Source: Escherichia coli (GTDB lineage Bacteria > Pseudomonadota > Gammaproteobacteria > Enterobacterales > Enterobacteriaceae). Taken from it: 64,000 nt of DNA. The translations under genes and the position numbers were made by a program. The notes under the pieces were generated by a model. That model was given only the letters and a program-made list of their open reading frames with translations, did no database searches and was not told the origin of the DNA. Of this stretch, positions 61,522-64,000 are shown in pieces; the first letter of the stretch is position 1; each line of letters begins with the position of its first letter. The DNA lies in assembly GCF_002854065.1 (NCBI RefSeq), contig NZ_CP024147.1; one strand, given 5' to 3'.

Positions 61522-63966
61522 ATGAAAACGAAAATCCCTGATGCGGTATTGGCTGCTGAGGTGAGTCGCCGTGGTTTGGTAAAAACGACAGCGATCGGCG
61601 GCCTGGCAATGGCCAGCAGCGCATTAACATTACCTTTTAGTCGGATTGCGCACGCTGTCGATAGCGCCATTCCAACAAAATCAGACGAAAAGGTTATCTG
61701 GAGCGCCTGTACAGTTAACTGTGGTAGTCGCTGCCCGCTACGTATGCACGTCGTGGACGGTGAAATCAAATATGTCGAAACGGACAATACCGGCGATGAC
61801 AATTACGACGGCCTGCACCAGGTTCGCGCCTGCCTGCGTGGGCGTTCCATGCGTCGCCGTGTCTACAATCCGGACCGCCTGAAATATCCGATGAAACGAG
61901 TCGGGGCGCGCGGTGAAGGCAAATTCGAGCGCATTAGCTGGGAAGAAGCCTACGACATCATCGCGACCAATATGCAGCGCCTGATCAAAGAGTACGGCAA
62001 CGAATCCATCTATCTGAACTATGGCACCGGTACGCTGGGTGGCACCATGACCCGCTCCTGGCCGCCGGGAAATACCCTGGTCGCGCGGCTGATGAACTGC
62101 TGCGGCGGCTATCTGAACCATTACGGCGACTACTCCTCCGCGCAAATTGCGGAAGGTCTGAACTATACCTACGGCGGCTGGGCAGATGGCAACAGCCCGT
62201 CGGATATCGAAAACAGTAAGCTGGTAGTGCTGTTTGGTAATAACCCTGGCGAAACGCGAATGAGTGGCGGTGGGGTGACTTACTATCTTGAACAGGCACG
62301 CCAGAAATCTAATGCCCGCATGATCATCATCGATCCGCGCTATACCGACACCGGTGCCGGGCGCGAAGATGAGTGGATCCCTATTCGTCCGGGAACAGAT
62401 GCCGCACTGGTTAACGGTCTGGCGTACGTCATGATCACTGAAAACCTGGTGGATCAGGCATTCCTCGATAAATATTGCGTTGGCTACGATGAGAAAACCC
62501 TGCCAGCCAGTGCGCCGAAAAATGGCCACTATAAAGCTTATATTCTGGGTGAAGGGCCAGATGGCGTGGCTAAAACACCGGAATGGGCCTCGCAAATCAC
62601 CGGTGTTCCGGCAGACAAAATCATCAAACTGGCTCGTGAAATCGGCAGTACCAAACCGGCGTTTATCAGCCAGGGATGGGGCCCGCAGCGTCACGCTAAC
62701 GGTGAAATCGCAACCCGTGCTATCTCGATGCTGGCGATTCTGACCGGTAACGTTGGTATTAATGGAGGGAACAGCGGCGCGCGTGAAGGTTCATACAGTT
62801 TACCGTTTGTCCGTATGCCGACCTTGGAAAACCCGATCCAGACCAGCATTTCGATGTTTATGTGGACCGATGCCATTGAACGTGGCCCGGAAATGACGGC
62901 GCTACGTGATGGTGTGCGCGGGAAAGATAAGCTGGATGTGCCGATCAAAATGATCTGGAACTATGCCGGTAACTGCCTGATTAACCAGCATTCTGAAATC
63001 AACCGTACCCATGAAATCCTCCAGGATGATAAGAAGTGCGAGCTGATTGTGGTTATCGACTGCCACATGACTTCATCGGCGAAATATGCTGACATCCTGC
63101 TGCCTGACTGCACCGCTTCCGAACAGATGGACTTTGCGCTGGATGCATCCTGCGGGAATATGTCTTACGTGATTTTCAACGATCAGGTGATTAAACCGCG
63201 CTTTGAATGTAAGACCATCTATGAGATGACCAGCGAACTGGCAAAACGTCTTGGCGTTGAGCAACAGTTTACTGAAGGTCGTACACAGGAAGAGTGGATG
63301 CGGCATCTGTATGCCCAGTCGCGGGAAGCGATTCCTGAACTGCCAACGTTTGAAGAGTTCCGCAAGCAGGGGATCTTTAAAAAGCGCGACCCACAAGGGC
63401 ATCACGTTGCTTATAAAGCCTTCCGTGAAGATCCGCAGGCAAATCCACTGACCACGCCATCGGGTAAAATTGAGATTTATTCGCAGGCGCTGGCTGACAT
63501 TGCCGCTACTTGGGAATTGCCAGAAGGCGATGTGATCGATCCACTGCCGATCTACACGCCGGGCTTTGAAAGTTATCAGGATCCGCTGAACAAACAGTAT
63601 CCGCTGCAGCTTACAGGTTTCCACTATAAATCTCGCGTTCACTCAACTTACGGCAACGTTGATGTGCTGAAAGCGGCTTGCCGTCAGGAAATGTGGATCA
63701 ACCCGCTTGATGCCCAAAAACGCGGTATCCACAACGGCGATAAAGTCAGGATCTTTAACGATCGTGGTGAGGTTCATATTGAGGCGAAAGTGACGCCACG
63801 AATGATGCCGGGTGTGGTCGCACTGGGTGAAGGTGCCTGGTATGACCCGGATGCAAAACGTGTCGATAAGGGTGGTTGTATTAACGTACTGACCACTCAA
63901 CGTCCGTCTCCTCTCGCTAAGGGGAATCCGTCACATACAAACCTTGTTCAGGTTGAAAAGGTGTAA
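61522..63966 (+). CDS. dmsA: Anaerobic DMSO reductase catalytic subunit DmsA (814 aa) with Tat signal
   Basis: Twin-arginine motif SRRGLVK in the N-terminal signal, N-terminal Cys cluster, molybdopterin oxidoreductase domains. Confidence 0.95.
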   Translation: MKTKIPDAVLAAEVSRRGLVKTTAIGGLAMASSALTLPFSRIAHAVDSAIPTKSDEKVIWSACTVNCGSRCPLRMHVVDGEIKYVETDNTGDDNYDGLHQVRACLRGRSMRRRVYNPDRLKYPMKRVGARGEGKFERISWEEAYDIIATNMQRLIKEYGNESIYLNYGTGTLGGTMTRSWPPGNTLVARLMNCCGGYLNHYGDYSSAQIAEGLNYTYGGWADGNSPSDIENSKLVVLFGNNPGETRMSGGGVTYYLEQARQKSNARMIIIDPRYTDTGAGREDEWIPIRPGTDAALVNGLAYVMITENLVDQAFLDKYCVGYDEKTLPASAPKNGHYKAYILGEGPDGVAKTPEWASQITGVPADKIIKLAREIGSTKPAFISQGWGPQRHANGEIATRAISMLAILTGNVGINGGNSGAREGSYSLPFVRMPTLENPIQTSISMFMWTDAIERGPEMTALRDGVRGKDKLDVPIKMIWNYAGNCLINQHSEINRTHEILQDDKKCELIVVIDCHMTSSAKYADILLPDCTASEQMDFALDASCGNMSYVIFNDQVIKPRFECKTIYEMTSELAKRLGVEQQFTEGRTQEEWMRHLYAQSREAIPELPTFEEFRKQGIFKKRDPQGHHVAYKAFREDPQANPLTTPSGKIEIYSQALADIAATWELPEGDVIDPLPIYTPGFESYQDPLNKQYPLQLTGFHYKSRVHSTYGNVDVLKAACRQEMWINPLDAQKRGIHNGDKVRIFNDRGEVHIEAKVTPRMMPGVVALGEGAWYDPDAKRVDKGGCINVLTTQRPSPLAKGNPSHTNLVQVEKV

Positions 63967-63976
63967 GGAGTAACCG

Positions 63977-64000
63977 ATGACAACCCAGTATGGATTTTTT
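63977..64000 (+). CDS. dmsB: DMSO reductase Fe-S subunit DmsB, 5' end only (runs off the window)
   Basis: ATG followed by MTTQYGFF immediately after dmsA. Confidence 0.6.

Overview
This window reads as a contiguous stretch of Escherichia coli / Shigella-type chromosome, colinear with the K-12 gene order ybjL-ybjM-grxA-ybjC-nfsA-rimK-ybjN-potFGHI-ybjO-rlmC ... artJ-artMQIP-ybjP ... ybjQ-amiD-ybjS-ybjT-ltaE-poxB-hcr-hcp-ybjE-aqpZ-ybjD-ybjX-macAB-cspD-clpSA-serW-infA-aat-cydCD-trxB-lrp-ftsK-lolA-rarA-serS-dmsA-(dmsB). Gene identities and the K-12 comparison are from recalled protein sequences and gene order, not from a database search. Four IS1 copies (768 bp each) are superimposed on this backbone: three are simple insertions with intact 9-bp target-site duplications that split a UlaA-type PTS EIIC gene, a Cys-type sulfatase gene and aqpZ; the fourth has no duplication and sits inside a degraded AT-rich islet. 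Two segments lie at positions where the K-12 gene order has no genes: a PTS EIIC/EIIB plus sulfatase islet between rlmC and artJ, and an AT-rich islet between ybjP and ybjQ carrying a multiply inactivated pentapeptide-repeat-like gene. Other features are a two-repeat orphan type I-F CRISPR remnant between clpA and serW, a tRNA-Ser, REP/BIME elements, several intrinsic terminators, and tandem in-frame repeats in the ftsK linker. The high IS1 density and gene decay fit a Shigella-like genome. I did not find a convincing intact, novel multi-gene system; the best leads are the two islets, the solitary OLD-family ATPase/Toprim gene ybjD and the CRISPR remnant.
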